NCBI GenBank assembly: GCA_013239625.1
Contig: MU053802.1
Coordinates: 79,363 to 143,362, forward strand
Reading direction: 5' to 3'
Origin: Lama guanicoe
Taxonomy: Eukaryota
DNA length: 64,000 nucleotides
Shown here: in pieces, positions 12,305 through 25,403 of the stretch
Numbering within the stretch: the first letter of the stretch is position 1
Layout: every line of letters begins with the position of its first letter
The notes under the pieces: generated by a model
Databases searched by the model: none
Seen by the model: only the letters and a program-made list of their open reading frames with translations
Told to the model about the DNA's origin: nothing
Made by a program: the position numbers and the translations under genes

Positions 12305-14305
12305 AATTCTTCTAAAGCATTCCAAGAACTCCTACGCCTGGTGTTCCACTTAATGCTGTTTAGAAAACACTAGTATAGAACAATCCTCTTAATGTTAAAG
12401 ACAGGTAGACTGAGGCCAGAGACAAGAGCAAGCTGGCACCAGAGCCAAGCTTCTTTCTTGCCCCTGTCAGTCAAAGGGCACACAGCAGTCTTTGCACATT
12501 CCCCGCATCCTGGGTCCCGGCCCCGTGGGAGGCAGGCATGCCAGGCAGCATTGTCTGCATGTTCCAGATGAGCACACAGAGACCTGCAAAGTTAACCTAA
12601 CAAAGTGCCAGATCTGGGTCTCCAACCTGGCCTTCCTGCTCAGATCATCTCCACCTCTTTGTCTGTTTCTGGCCAGGCCTGAAGAGGCCAATGAAGGGCA
12701 AGGAGAAGGCAAGGGCTGCAAAGGAGGAAAAGAAGAGAAGCCAGAGCCTGGGCCCCGGTCAGTCGTCTGATGCCCCCGAGAAGAAGAGACCCAAGATTGA
12801 TAAGCTCAAGGTGAGGGTCTGGAAACAAATGCTGTCAGAGTGTGGGGGTCACACCTGGGGTACCAGGTGGCAGATGGGGCAAGACAGAGGCCCATGGACT
12901 GTTCTTGCCCCCTGAAAGCCAGGCCCAGCTCAGGTGTTTCCCAAGGAGCTGGAGTCAGATTTGGACAACTTCAAGGACTGGCTGTACACTTTCAACCTGC
13001 TGCGGGGCAAGACAGGGGATGATGGAGATGACCTGATGGAGGAGGAGCACATCGTGGGCCAGTTCAAGAACAGGCAGGGAATGTGGTCCCAGCCCCTGAG
13101 CCCCAGGCCCTGAGTCCTGAGCCCCCTAGTTCTTCTCCCCACCCCAGGCCCAGGGCTGACAGCCAGGTGGAACCATCAGTTGTCCTGCTTGATAAAATAT
13201 GAAAATACTTCCATGCTGATTGACAAAGAGCATCTGCCCTGAACCCAGCTCCCCACCCCTCCTCTCGTAGAGTTGCCTCCATGGCCACTCCTTCCAGAAA
13301 ACCTGACTCCCTGTGATCCAGCAACTAAAGGGTTAAGGCCCCACCACAGCAGGGTGCAGACCCTCAGTGCTCTTGGCTGTTTTGAGTGCCAGCCCTGCCT
13401 ATGCCCGTGGGAACCTGCACCCTGACCCACGCTTGCCTCACCCCAGGGCTCCCTCTGCATGAACAAAATGCCCCTCCCAGAGGATGTGTCTTGGGAAGCC
13501 AGCTACAACCCTACCTATGGCATGTCACAGGGCATCCCCAGCAATGACCCCATCAACATGCTGCTCCATTGCTCTGAGTCTATGTGGCTTGGGTGAGAGT
13601 CCCCTCTCATCCCCTCCCTCCAGCCCCAGTCCTCCCACCCAGGAGGGACTGAAGCAGCTGCAAACTGATATCCTCCAACTGGGAGGCACCAGGGAGGTCA
13701 GATAGTCTGGTTCCCATCATTTATAGGGGACGAAACCAAGGCCCAGGGAGAGTCGGCATCTTGCCTAGGGTTACACGAGCCTCTGGTCCTGTTCTCCTGC
13801 CCTTCACCATCACGGAACCATCAAGGAGAGGGCAGGGGCACTGGGAGATGAGGAGGGTGTGGGGAGCCTACTCAGGACCACCCCTCCATCCCAGGCCACA
13901 GACCTGCACCCTGCAGACATCAATGGCAAGGCCAACCCCTACATCACCATCCAGCTGGGCAAGACTGACGCCTGTGAGAACTCCATCTCCAAGCAGCTCA
14001 AGCCTGTCTTTGGGAAGTAAGGCCTCTTGGTTCTCCACCGCCACCCCAGCCTGACCTCCTCAGCCCAGAATACCTCCCACCCCACCCTGACCCTCAGCCT
14101 TTCTCCCAACCCCTTACCACTAGGGCCTTTGACATCGAGGCCTCCTTCCCCATGGAATCCATGCTGACGGTGGCCATGGATGACTGCGATATGCAGGCAC
14201 TGACAACCGCATCGGGGAAACCAAGACTGACCTGGAGAAGGGCTTCTACAGCGAGCACCGCGCCGCCCGCACCTGCTGCACCTGAACTCTATAAATGAGA
14301 TTCAG

Positions 14306-14603
14306 GCCGTTTGTTCTCGGGATAGGAACAGGCACCTCTCCGGGCGCCAAGCGGTCATCCGCTTCCCCTGCCTTCCCGCAGGCCCTGACCCCGCGAGCCC
14401 CAAGTAAGGGACTGGGGCCTTAACTCGGCTGCAGGCACGCGCCCGGGGCGCGTCCACGCCCAAACCCCCAGCCCACGGGGGCGGCGGGCGGCGGGCAGCA
14501 GGCGAGCAGGGAACAGGGGCGCGGGGCGGGGTGGGAGGAGGAAGGGCGGGGGCTGCCGGAAGCTGAGGCCGGTCTGGTAGTCAGTGCTGCGCCCTCGGCC
14601 GAC
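14306..14603 (+). promoter_or_regulatory. CpG-rich CASP6-derived 5' leader with promoter-type motifs
   Basis: GC box GGGGCGGGG at 14523-14531, a second GGGCGGGG at ~14544-14551, ETS-type CCGGAAG at 14556-14562 and many surviving CpGs. Activity is untested. Confidence 0.5.
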
Positions 14604-17024
14604 ATGAGTTCAGCGCTGGAGTTCCGAGGGACTGGCTGTGCAGGTGAAGAACACAACGTGACAGAAACAGATGCCTTCCCTAGGAGAGAAATGTTTGATC
14701 CAGCAGAAAGGTACATAATGGACCACAAGAGGAGAGGAGTTGCTTTAATCTTCAAGCATGAGAGGTCCTTCTGGCACCTGACGCTGCCGGACTGGCGGGG
14801 AACCAGCGCGGACAGAGACAATCTTCAGCGCAGGTTTTCAGATCTAGGATTTGAAGTGAAACGCTTTAATGATCTTAAAGCAGAAGAACTACTGCTCAAA
14901 ATTCATGAGGCATCAACCTCTAGCCATGTAGATGCCAATTGCTTTTTGTGTGTTTTCCTGAGTCACGGTGAAGGCAACCCCATTTAAGCATATGATGCCA
15001 AAATTGAAATTCAGACACTGACTGGCTTGATCAAAGGAGACAGGTGTCAGAGCCTGGTTGGAAAACCCAAGACATTTATCATTCAGGCGTGTCGGGGAAA
15101 CCAGCACTATGTGCCCGTCATTCCTTTGGATGTCGTGGATCGTCAGACAGATGTGCTGGATGCCAACATAACCCAGGTGGACGCCGCCTCGGCGTGCGCA
15201 CTGCGTGCCAGAGCGGACTTCCTCATGTGCTACTCGGTGGCAGAAGGTTGTTATTCTCATCGGGAAACGGTGAACGGCTCATGGTACATTCAAGATTTGT
15301 GTGAGATGCTGGGAAAATCTGGCTCCTCCTTAGAGTTCACAGAACTCCTCACACTGGTGAATAGGAAAGTTTCTCAGCGCCAAGTAGACATTTGTAAAGA
15401 CCCAAATGCAATTGGAAAGAAGCAGGTCCCCTGCTTTGCCTCACTGCTAACTAAGAAGCTGCATTTCTTTCCAAAATCTAAATGATAGGTGCTATTTTGT
15501 TCTATGTATCTGTATTTAAAATAGATTTTCCCTTCTTTTTATAAAAAGAAGTATCCCTAGGTTGAAGTTTATGGTATAGCAATATAAAATGTTTTAAGCT
15601 TTAATGACAGAACTTCAAAAAAGCAGTTCATATTGGAACATGGTGAAGGGGTTTGATATGTAGTAATGAAATACTCAGGGAATTCCTGTAAGTTAAAAAT
15701 GCATTAGCATTTCTAATACTTGAGTTTTAGAGTAAATTGCAAGGTTACTCATAATATCTGGCTGATTTAACTTTTATTTTCTGACTTTTTTACATGAAAC
15801 TTTTTAATCTTTTTAAGGGTTTTTGAATCCTAAGAGTCAGTTTTCCTTTAATATTTGAAATTCATGTTTTATTAAATTTTTCTAATTCACATTCTTATTT
15901 GCATAATTTATAGATGACTTGTATTACTTGGTCATGTAAATCTACATATGAGTTACCACTTTTTGTATAGGACTTGAACACTCACATTTTAAAAAATGAG
16001 CCTTCAAGAACAGTTCATTTTTTTCAAAGTGAACATTACAGTCTTGTACAAAAAGTGATATTTCGTGCATAGATATGGCATTCTGAGAAGGAAATAGAAA
16101 ACATAAAACATAGTGACTTCTTAGTAGAGGCTACACACTTGCAGAGTTTGATTTTGTCAGTACCTTCTGTGTTAAGTTGCTATACACTGTCCAGCAGTCC
16201 CACATGCGGACTGTTATGTTAATGGAATAACAGATATTACTTTTAAGATTCAATTCTTACTAATATGATATATAAAATTTGAGTAGTATGTTAATAACCT
16301 ACCGGAGGCTGAAGATGGTTACGTTTGGGCTCTGATAGCAAATGTGAGGGTTGCTAGCTCAGAAGCAGCAGTTTGCTTATGTCATTTCAGTTGCAGTTCA
16401 AAACATGTGCCAACTCTATGTTAAGGTCAGTGGGACATTTATACCTCTTTTTGTGTCATAACAGGGACTTCACGTCAGTTGAACATTTTAGCTGTCCTTT
16501 AAGCCCCTACTCACAGGCGTTGCCATCTCCATGGTTCTACCTACAAGAGCAAATGACTACAGATGATTTCAAGTGACAATTTATAATAATCTAAGCTATA
16601 TTTAATGATAAAAATTTTCAACTATGAATTTAGAAAGTAATGGCAAGATGATTCTAAATGAAGCCTAAGAATCAATGTGAAGCCAGGCACACCGACAGTT
16701 TCACTTCCGCATGGGAGTGAACGAACACAGGACACTGATGAGGAATCTTAACTCACATGCTGAACTGCAGCAGCAGATGCTTTGATTTTGTTGGACGCAT
16801 CCAAGCTCCTTCCAGCAGCAACTTCAACGAGCCATGAAAATCCACAAACCAAAAATCTCATATGAGGATATTAAAGAATACCTGTGCTTTGCAAGCATTT
16901 TTTTTTACTAACAAAAGTGACTGAAATAGTCAAATTCAAATGAACTACAGGACTCAGAAAGTTCCAGTTTCTAAGCAGCAAATGAACACAATGCAAAAAT
17001 TCACTGACATTTAAAAATGTAAAA

Positions 17025-17098
17025 TTATTTCTTTTCATTGAGTTCCTCTACTGGCATCTGCAAATAGAGTGGCCCACCCATCTCAGGGCTTCAGTAGC
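17025..17098 (-). pseudogene. MCUB: MCUB (CCDC109B) last coding exon, in antisense inside the CASP6 retrocopy 3' UTR
   Basis: Minus strand reads ttttcttcctgtggacag|GCT ACT GAA..., giving ATEALRWVGH-(4-nt loss)-YLQMPVEELNEKK*. This matches the recalled human MCUB end AKESLKQARHSLCLQMQVEELNEKN*. MCUB is the tail-to-tail neighbour of CASP6. Confidence 0.85.
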
Positions 17099-20000
17099 CT
17101 GTCCACAGGAAGAAAACGAGGCAGTGATCAGAAAGGACTGCAAGCCAATGAGCATTAGTGGTCATGAGGAACTCTATACCTTCAATGTCTCCTTAGGTCA
17201 ATACATAGATCTAAACTATGAGTGGCAACTGCCTACTATTAATATTACAATTTATGTGAATCCTTTTGTAAAACATGAGTTCAAGCTTTCTACTACATCC
17301 CTAGAGTTCTTGTTATGTTAGTTTTCACCTTTACAGTGGTTTTCCCAGTTCATATTAAAAAACAAAAACAAAAACCTCAAAAATAAATAATAATAATAAT
17401 AGTAATAATAATAACAATAATAAAAAACAAGATTCAGACCATATGGTTTGGGAAGGGAGACCTATTATGATTCCTGTCCCAGCCAGGCCTCCACCCCTAC
17501 AGGCTTTGGGCTCAGCCTTCAGGGGCCAGGACAGCAGATTCCAAGACAAAGAGAGAGCCAGGGGATTCCAGGACAGAGAAGGCAAGATGAGAGAAAAGGG
17601 GGCTGAGAAGAGGGGCAGCACTGTGTGCTTGGGAGCATCCAAAGGGGATCAGTCTGGCCTGTGGGCTGTGTGACCCTGGTCAAGCCCCTTAAACACTGTG
17701 ATGATCAGTTTCCTCAGGGAGTCTTTGACACTGTGGAGGAGTGGACACAGTAGGGGAATGATGCAGGCCGCACTGGGGGAGACTGGATGCTTGTCCTTGG
17801 AACACTGAGCACGTGGGGTCAGAGCCCCGGGCAGGAAGCCCTAGTGTCTCAGCCAATCCTGGAACACAGGGCAGGACTCACTGACACGCAGCAACAGCCA
17901 GCCCAAGAGAACTGGCCGGGACCATTTCCCCCAGCAAGCCCGTGTGTCTCCTCCCACAGACATGGCTGCAATATTTAGCGGGACCCCATGAAGCCCAGCC
18001 AGTTCCTGACCCGTCTCTGCAAGGAGGGCAAAGTGGACGGCCCCCACTTCAGCTCCCCTGGGAGAGTGAAGGTGTCCAACCATGTCTTCATGGGACCCTC
18101 CGAGATCGAGGACGACAACGGTAACAGGATGCCAGACGCAGCCGAGGGGATGTCAGAGGCTGAGAAGGGGCCCACAGTTCCCTGTGGTGGGACAGCCCCC
18201 CTGATCATCACCCTAGCATCCTCCTTCTGTCCCCTCAGCCACTGCCCTTCCACCCCACCCCACACAGCCTTGCCCACTTGTAGCCTTTTCTCTCCCTCTC
18301 AGCATCCCTGTGGGGTATGGAGGTTCTCCCCATTCTGCAGGTGAGAAAACCAAGACCCAAAGGGTTTCAAGACTTGCCCAAGGTCACACAGCTCTTTGGA
18401 GGCAGCATGAGGGTGTGGGCCTGGGTTGCTGTGGCTTTCCCTATCCCTGCACCCATGTAGCACTTTCCAGAAAACCAGCAGGTGTCTCTTCCGGGAAACC
18501 ACCACCTTCAAGGTGCTGGGACAGGATGTGGGGTCTTCCCCCTCTGACCTCAGAACTCAGAAGGATTCTCTGGTCAAGTTCCCCAGGCAGAGGAAACCAA
18601 GGACACAGACCTCTCTGGGCCTGTGTGGCAGCTGGACCAGCTTGGACCAGCCATGTCTCCCTCTGTGCCTCAGTTTCCCCCACAATCACCTGGAGGTGGG
18701 GCCTTTTTGCCCCTGCATCCCTGGCCCAGCACAGGTGTCTTGTTCTGCTGAGCCTCTGTGTACAGCTGACCCACTGGTACCCACAGGTCAGAGGAAGCCC
18801 ATGGAGGAGAACGTGGCGCTGTTGGCCCTGAGGCACTGGAAAGACATCCCAGGTGTGAGCTGCCACCTGGTGCCTGAACATGTGGAGACGCAACCCCGGC
18901 TCAACCCTAACAACCAGGGCATCGAGCAGGTGACTGGCCTGGCCAAGCGCTGAGGTTCTCCAGCATTTGGGATCAGGGAGTCCCAACCTGGGTCCATAAG
19001 AACAGGTCCTCATGCTGTTCACTGCATTCCCCAAAGCTGGCGGGCACCCCACACACGCACATCACGGCACTTCCTGGCTCACGTCTTAAGTCTGAGTGAG
19101 AATTCTGTCAGCTACGGTGGACACCTGGGGTTGCAATGGCTATTGGGGACGTCATAGGAATGGCTGGCATCCAAGGACAAAAACTGATGTAACGGGTCCT
19201 GATGGGACAAAGGTTGGGAGGAAGAGGGTACCTGGCCTTGCCGGGCAGAGGGAGGAGTCTGTGAGAAGACCTGCCACAACCTCCTTCCTCAGGGCCACCT
19301 GGAGTTGTGGGAGGACTTGTTTACCACAGATGTGCTGGCTCCTGGGACAACTCCGGACATCTCCCCATGGAAGCCTGAGGAGTGAGCTGCTCGGACCCAG
19401 CACCCCTTCCTCCCTGCTCCGCCTGGTGTCCCTTCTGCAGGAGGCTGCAGGCCCAGGTCACTGAGTCAGTCCCATGTAGCCTTGTAGGAGGGAACAGAGC
19501 AACTCATCAAGAAGGCTATGGGGCCCAGCCAAGGTGACTCCCCTTTGCTGGGACAGGAGCCACACCCGCACTGTGCAGTTAGTGAGGGTGATGAGGACTT
19601 TCACCCTCACAGACCCACCCCTCCCAGCGCACGCGCACGCGCACACACCCACAAGACGCAGAAGCCCTGAGAGTCTTCTCTGCCCCCTGATCATCCCCAC
19701 TCCGGGCTGTCGTGCAGCTCTGCCAAGTTTTATTGAAAGCACCTGCTGATGAGATGTGCAGGGTGAGTGCCCAGAGGAGCGGGGTGGGTCGGAGAGCAGA
19801 AAGAGCTCTGGGTCAGGAGCCGAGCCACCTGTCTTTCCTGGTTGACACTGGCCAGGTCAGTGTGCCTCCCTGGTCCTCAGTTTTCCCATCTGTCAAATGG
19901 CAGGATCAAGTCACTGCCAGCACTGGCCTGGGTACCTGGAATCAGGGCCAACTGCGCAGACCCATGAAGTTGCTCAGGACCCCACACTTATTTCAAGATG

Positions 20001-21559
20001 GCAGTCTTAGAATTCTTCATGTACTCTAACCAAAGGCCCAAGATTTCCATTTTACACTGGGCCCTGCAAGTGATAACAGCCAATTCTTCCTGGAATAGCC
20101 TCCAGGTGGGACCCCCCATGTATGTTGTTCCAGGGCTTGCCATGAGGGGGCACCCCAACCCGCCGTGTCACCAAGACTTGCAGTTCAGGGCATAACTCTG
20201 CGGACAGTCACACTCCAGTCAATGTTTAGTGGTTGACTCCACCTCACTCCTAAGGGTTGAAATGTAACTACCTCACTGATTGTGACAATTACACCTCTGG
20301 GGAAAATCCCTCTGGGGGACAATAACATAAAGGGGACCAGATTCAATGGTGGTCCACTGGGAGCTGGAGCGGAGCTTCTGGCCTCTGGTGATGGGGGATC
20401 TTGCTCCCAACTCTCCAAGCCCCGCTTCAGCCACCCCCCAGCAGCCAGCCCCTCCCCTCCTGAGGCAGCCTCCCATAGACCTAAGTCAGTCTCCCAGTCC
20501 AGGAGTGTGGGCTGGGTCCTGCTGTTCCAGCCAAGCAGACTGCCCCCTACCTGGGGCTCTCCTCACAGCAGCCAGGCTGGCTGGATGACCCTCTTTCTTT
20601 TACTCATTGGTCCTCATATGTCCCCAGCCCCCCAGCTTCTCTCCACACCTGCTCTCTCAGCTCCAGCCTGGCCGAGGCCTCAGGCCCACCCCCAGTCCCT
20701 AGGACTCGTCCTGGCCATCTGCTCTCCAGCCCCAAGACCCTGGGGTAACCCTCCCCCTAGACTGTTAATCAGCTTTCTCTCCCCACCCAGGTATGAGCTA
20801 TGGGTCATCGTGTGGAGCACAGATGAGGTGGTCCTGGACGATGGTCACTTCTTCACTGGGGAGAAGTCCAGTGACATTTTTGTGTAGGGGTGGGTGAGAG
20901 GCCCCTGACTGGGAAGGGGCTGAGCTGGGTGAGCCCACCTTTCTGGGAAGCAGGAGAGGAGGGGCCAGAGAGGGGAGCTGTGGGCTGAGAGAGGCCCTAC
21001 CAGCTGTGGCCATAGGTCTGGAGCAGGTGATGCCCCACGGGTGGCCAAGGGGTCACCAGGAGGTCCAGCAAGACATGGATGTCCACCACCACCCCCTCAC
21101 TGGCAAGGGCAGGCTCAGCTGGCACTGCCTGTTCCCCTTCGACTGTCATCTCCAAGATGTAGTCCATGCTGTCCTGGGATGAGACCGAACACCAGATCCC
21201 CGTGCGGCTCACCCTGCAGATCCGGGGTGTGACCACTTCTCTGTGGATGACTTCCTAGGTGTGGGGCTAGGGGACTGGGACTGGAGGGGAGGGGGCAAGG
21301 GATGGGGGGGCAGAGACAGGGTGAGCCCACCCCAGGTGGGGAGATCAATCAGACAGGATGTCAGAACTGACTCTGAAGTTGCCACAGGGGCCATCAAGCT
21401 GGACTTGAACCAGTTCCCGGGGGGCATGAAGACAGCCAGGCCGTGCACCACAGAGATAGCCACCGGGGAGGTGGACATGCCCCTGGTCTCCATCTTCAAG
21501 GAGAAATGTGTCAAAGGCTGGTGGCCTCTCCTGGCCCACCATGAGAATGATGAGTTTGA

Positions 21560-21976
<417 letters not shown>

Positions 21977-22240
21977 TGAACCAGACCAGGGGCAACCAGT
22001 GCAGGGAAGCAGCACCTCCCACTGGGAGGGCCCCACTCAGCTGAGTTCAATGCCTTCCCTAGTTTTTGCCACAGGCAAGCAGCTGCCGTGGTGGACCTGG
22101 GGCCCCAGGCAGACTTGATGGCTGGGGAGGGGCCAGGAATTCTGTCCTCCTCTGAGGGTCAGCCCGCAACTTGGCCGCACCCCAGCCCTCATCCTCTGGG
22201 TCCTTTCTCTGTGCTCCCTCTGTTCCTCCTGCTGCTCCAG

Positions 22241-22437
22241 CCGGCCCCACACCAGCTTCATCTGGCTCTTGAAGCCCCTCAAGTCTGCCGCTACTTCTGG
22301 TGGCACACGTGTCGCTGGCTGTGCCTCCAAGTGCCGCTGCTCACACTGCCACTCCTCCCCCTCGCCCTTTCTTCTACTCTGAGCCTGGCCACCTGGTCAG
22401 GAAGATCCTTGGGGCCAGAGTCTGGCATCGTCCTGGG
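22241..22437 (+). pseudogene. OTOF: OTOF transmembrane exon ~46 copy
   Basis: RPHTSFIWLLKPLKS...RYFWWHT with frameshifts; the stop position after KILGA reads AGA. Confidence 0.88.
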
Positions 22438-23753
22438 TCTGGTACTCCTCCCTTCCTCCTGGACCTAGGGCTCATGCACTGGGCAGCAGGTGGAACATGC
22501 ACACACGCAAGTGCACACATAAGTCCACACACAGCAACTTTCAAGATTTCAAATGGTATCATACACTCAGACCTGCAAATGACTGTCTCTCATGATTCCA
22601 GAGTAGGCCAGAGAGGAGACATAACTTGCCCAAGGTCACCTGGCAAATCACCTGGCTACGACTCAGCCAAGGTTTCCAAATTGCCAATCCAGTGTCCTTC
22701 ACACTGTGCTAACTCCTCTCCCAGCAAGATTTGGGCAGATTCAAACCCAATTCCACTGGTAGGAAAAAGTTGAGCTACGAACAGGAAAGGGGAAAGGCTT
22801 TGGCTAGGATTAGCCAGCAAGTCCTGAGGAGTTTCTACCAGCATCCTCCTCCCAGCCCAGAGCCGTTTTCCACCCTGCAGGACAGTGAGTGGCTCCATCC
22901 ATTTCAAACACCTCATGAACCAGCATGTGCGTTGCATCACTGGGTTCCAGGCCAGGCTGAGAGCTTCACGTGGGCTTTCTCACTTCACCCTTTCACCAAC
23001 CCTGGAGGTGGGCTTTACTGTTAACCCTGTGGTACAAGTGAGGAAACTGAGGCTTGAAGGGGTGCCTAACTTGCCCGTCAGAGCTGGGACTGGAAGCCAG
23101 CTGCCCTGTGCCCATGCCCCCCACCCCACGCTGAACAGCCCTGGAGGAGTTGGTGGGGCAGGATTTTGAAGAAAGATATTCAGTGCTTTGATTGTCCATC
23201 TTGACATTTTATAGAACCTATTGGTTTTGTAACACGATCAACAGAATGTAAGGTCCCCGGGCACTTCTTGGCTCGGAGGCCCCTCAGAAGGCAGAGCAGT
23301 GGTGCTGGTGGGCAGGTCAGGGCTCAGGGGGTGTGTGCCCACCCGGGGCCCCCAGACCCCTGGCAGGGCCTGCTGTGGACTGAAGCAGAAAGGGGGAGAG
23401 GCTGAGAAACAGCCACCTCACTGTGGACGTGGGGCAGCACGGGACCGCATGGTGAACGGCCTGACAGGGGAGCGTCCTAAGAAGCAGACTGCGGCTGTGC
23501 ATGTGCAGGGGAAGTGGCGGCTGCCCAGCTGCTGGATGTGCCATCTCAGCCTTGGGAGGAGGTGGGGCGCCGGAGGGCCCCGCAGAGAGGACAGGGAATG
23601 TAGGTCGCAAACCTGGTGCTTAGAGAGGGGCCAGATCCTCACAGCAGCACTAGCACTGTGGCCAGGAAGAGGCCCCTCTTGGGATCTGGAAGGGCTGAGG
23701 GGATGAGGGGTCTTCGAGGTGCCCCCATCTGACCAAGGCTCCCCCTCTCCCAG

Positions 23754-24735
23754 CCGGCCCATGACGGCCATTGCCTGGTTCCTCAGCTCCCTCAAGTCCA
23801 TCAGGTACCTCATCTGCACGCGCTGCCAGGGGCTCATTGTGACGTTCCTGCAGGCTTTGCTGGGGCTGCTCCTGCCAGCCCTCCTCCTCTGCAGCCCCCC
23901 TGGCTATCTGGTCAAGAATCTCTCGGGGGCTGGAAGGCCCCATGGCCTCCCTGCGGCACCCCATCCTGGTCCGGCATGTTCGCCCCTCCTCTGGCATGGA
24001 GGCCTCGGGTCTTGGGGCCTTCGTCATGCTGGCTGGGCTGGTGATGCCCCCTCCCTGCCTGTCCTCATCACCCCGAGCCTGCTGCTGGCCCAGTCCCAGC
24101 CCCTGTCCCTGCCTGCAGGGTGGGGCATGTGGGGAGGGGTGGGGGCCTGCCCCATCTTGCAGAGCCCCTAAGGAGGCTGCTCCACACCCTCCCCCTGGCC
24201 TTCCAGTCAGCACTGAAGCTTTAATGGAATTAACCGAGAATCCTGCAGGGGCCAGTGCCCAGGGCTTTAAAACAAATGAACAAACAAGGAGCATCACCCT
24301 CCTGTCCCCAGACAGACTCTCGCAAGGACAGCCGACGCCAGCAGTGTGGGTTCTGCAGAAGCGGGCCAGGCCCTTTGTATTAATCCCATGGGGTGGCCTC
24401 TTCCTGGGCTGCTCAGCCCTGGGGGCTAAAGCCCAGGCCCAGCCCTGTTTGTGGGTTTTCCTCACTTCCCAGAACTTCCTCAGCCCAGCCTGGGGCTGCA
24501 GGCCTTGCCCAGAAGCGGGGGGTGTGAACCCCATTCCCCTCCCCCATACCCCCCCACAGGTCACCTCCGCCATGCCCTCCTCGCCCTGAAGGGCCTGCCC
24601 CTCCAGCCCTCCAGGTGCAGCTGGGAGTTTGTACTCAAAGTGCTGCCCCCTGCCTGCATGAGCTGGGTTTCTCTGGGCTGTTCTTCCTTTCCTGAGTGGT
24701 GATTTTTCTCTTAATAAAAGAAATCAAACACTGAG
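23754..24735 (+). pseudogene. OTOF: OTOF alternative transmembrane terminal exon ~47 and 3' UTR
   Basis: RPMTAIAWFLSSLKSIRYLICTR...PGYLVKNLSGA; the stop position reads GGA (23932-23934); AATAAA at 24713-24718. Confidence 0.88.
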
Positions 24736-25403
24736 CTGGCAAATCTGCCATTGGTCAAATGAGGGGATTGGTGTAGGGTCACAGGGCTGGAAGGCAAACT
24801 CAGCACAGGATGGGCCCCTAAACCTGTGGGGGACTTTGTGGCCCAGGGTTCAAGGTGGGTCTAAGGTACAGGGCTGCCTGCGCAGGCTGCCCACGAGAGG
24901 ACCCTTAAACCACAGCACAGGGTGCACAGCAGAGTGGACCCAGGGCCACAAGTTTACCAAAAGGGTCCTGCAGGCCCAGGGACAGTCTGAAGGCATAGAC
25001 TTTAAAATGGCTGAAAAGCACCAGCTGCCACCCACAGATGCCAAATGCTCCCCAAAGTCAGCAGGGAGTCTGTGCCACTGGCCTGGTCCCGCAGCCATGT
25101 ACCTGTTTTCACACCACACTCTGAGACTGGGGGCAAAGCCCCTCATGACACACAGGCAGGGCTGGGGCCCATGCCTCACTGGACCTGACTTCTTTAGAGA
25201 GATTCAGACACAAATTTACAAAGACTTGAGTCATGACTGCAGGACACAGGTGACTTCTGTTGTCACCTTGCTGTGACAGACCCTAAGAAGCTAGCTCTGG
25301 GAAAGCCAGGGAGTGGGCCCAGGCCGCTGCCCGGGGGAGACCACCTCCGGCACCAGGTCCCACACCAGTGTCATCCCTAAAAACACAGCCTCTCGAGGGC
25401 CCT

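Larger units (their letters stand above)
14306..17424 (+). pseudogene. CASP6: Processed caspase-6 pseudogene (full-length retrocopy)
   Basis: Intronless frame 14604-15485 (293 codons plus TGA, no frameshift) with TETD, SHG, QACRG, DVVD and GSWYIQ; one premature TAA at 14985-14987. ATTAAA at 17354-17359, decayed poly(A) ~17379-17424, and target-site duplication AAATGAGATTCAG (14293-14305) / AAACAAGATTCAG (17425-17437). Confidence 0.97.

Noticed and set aside
14604..15485. Two adjacent caspase ORFs as a functional split gene (large and small subunits)
   Set aside because: They are one frame broken by a single TAA before the catalytic Cys; the second ORF starts at a TTG and the break is not at the intersubunit linker.
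23650..24573. 307-aa minus-strand ORF and other 150-230-aa ORFs in the first 26 kb
   Set aside because: They overlap or oppose OTOF exons, introns or UTR in GC-rich, stop-poor DNA and have low-complexity Pro/Gly/Arg composition with no recognisable domain.
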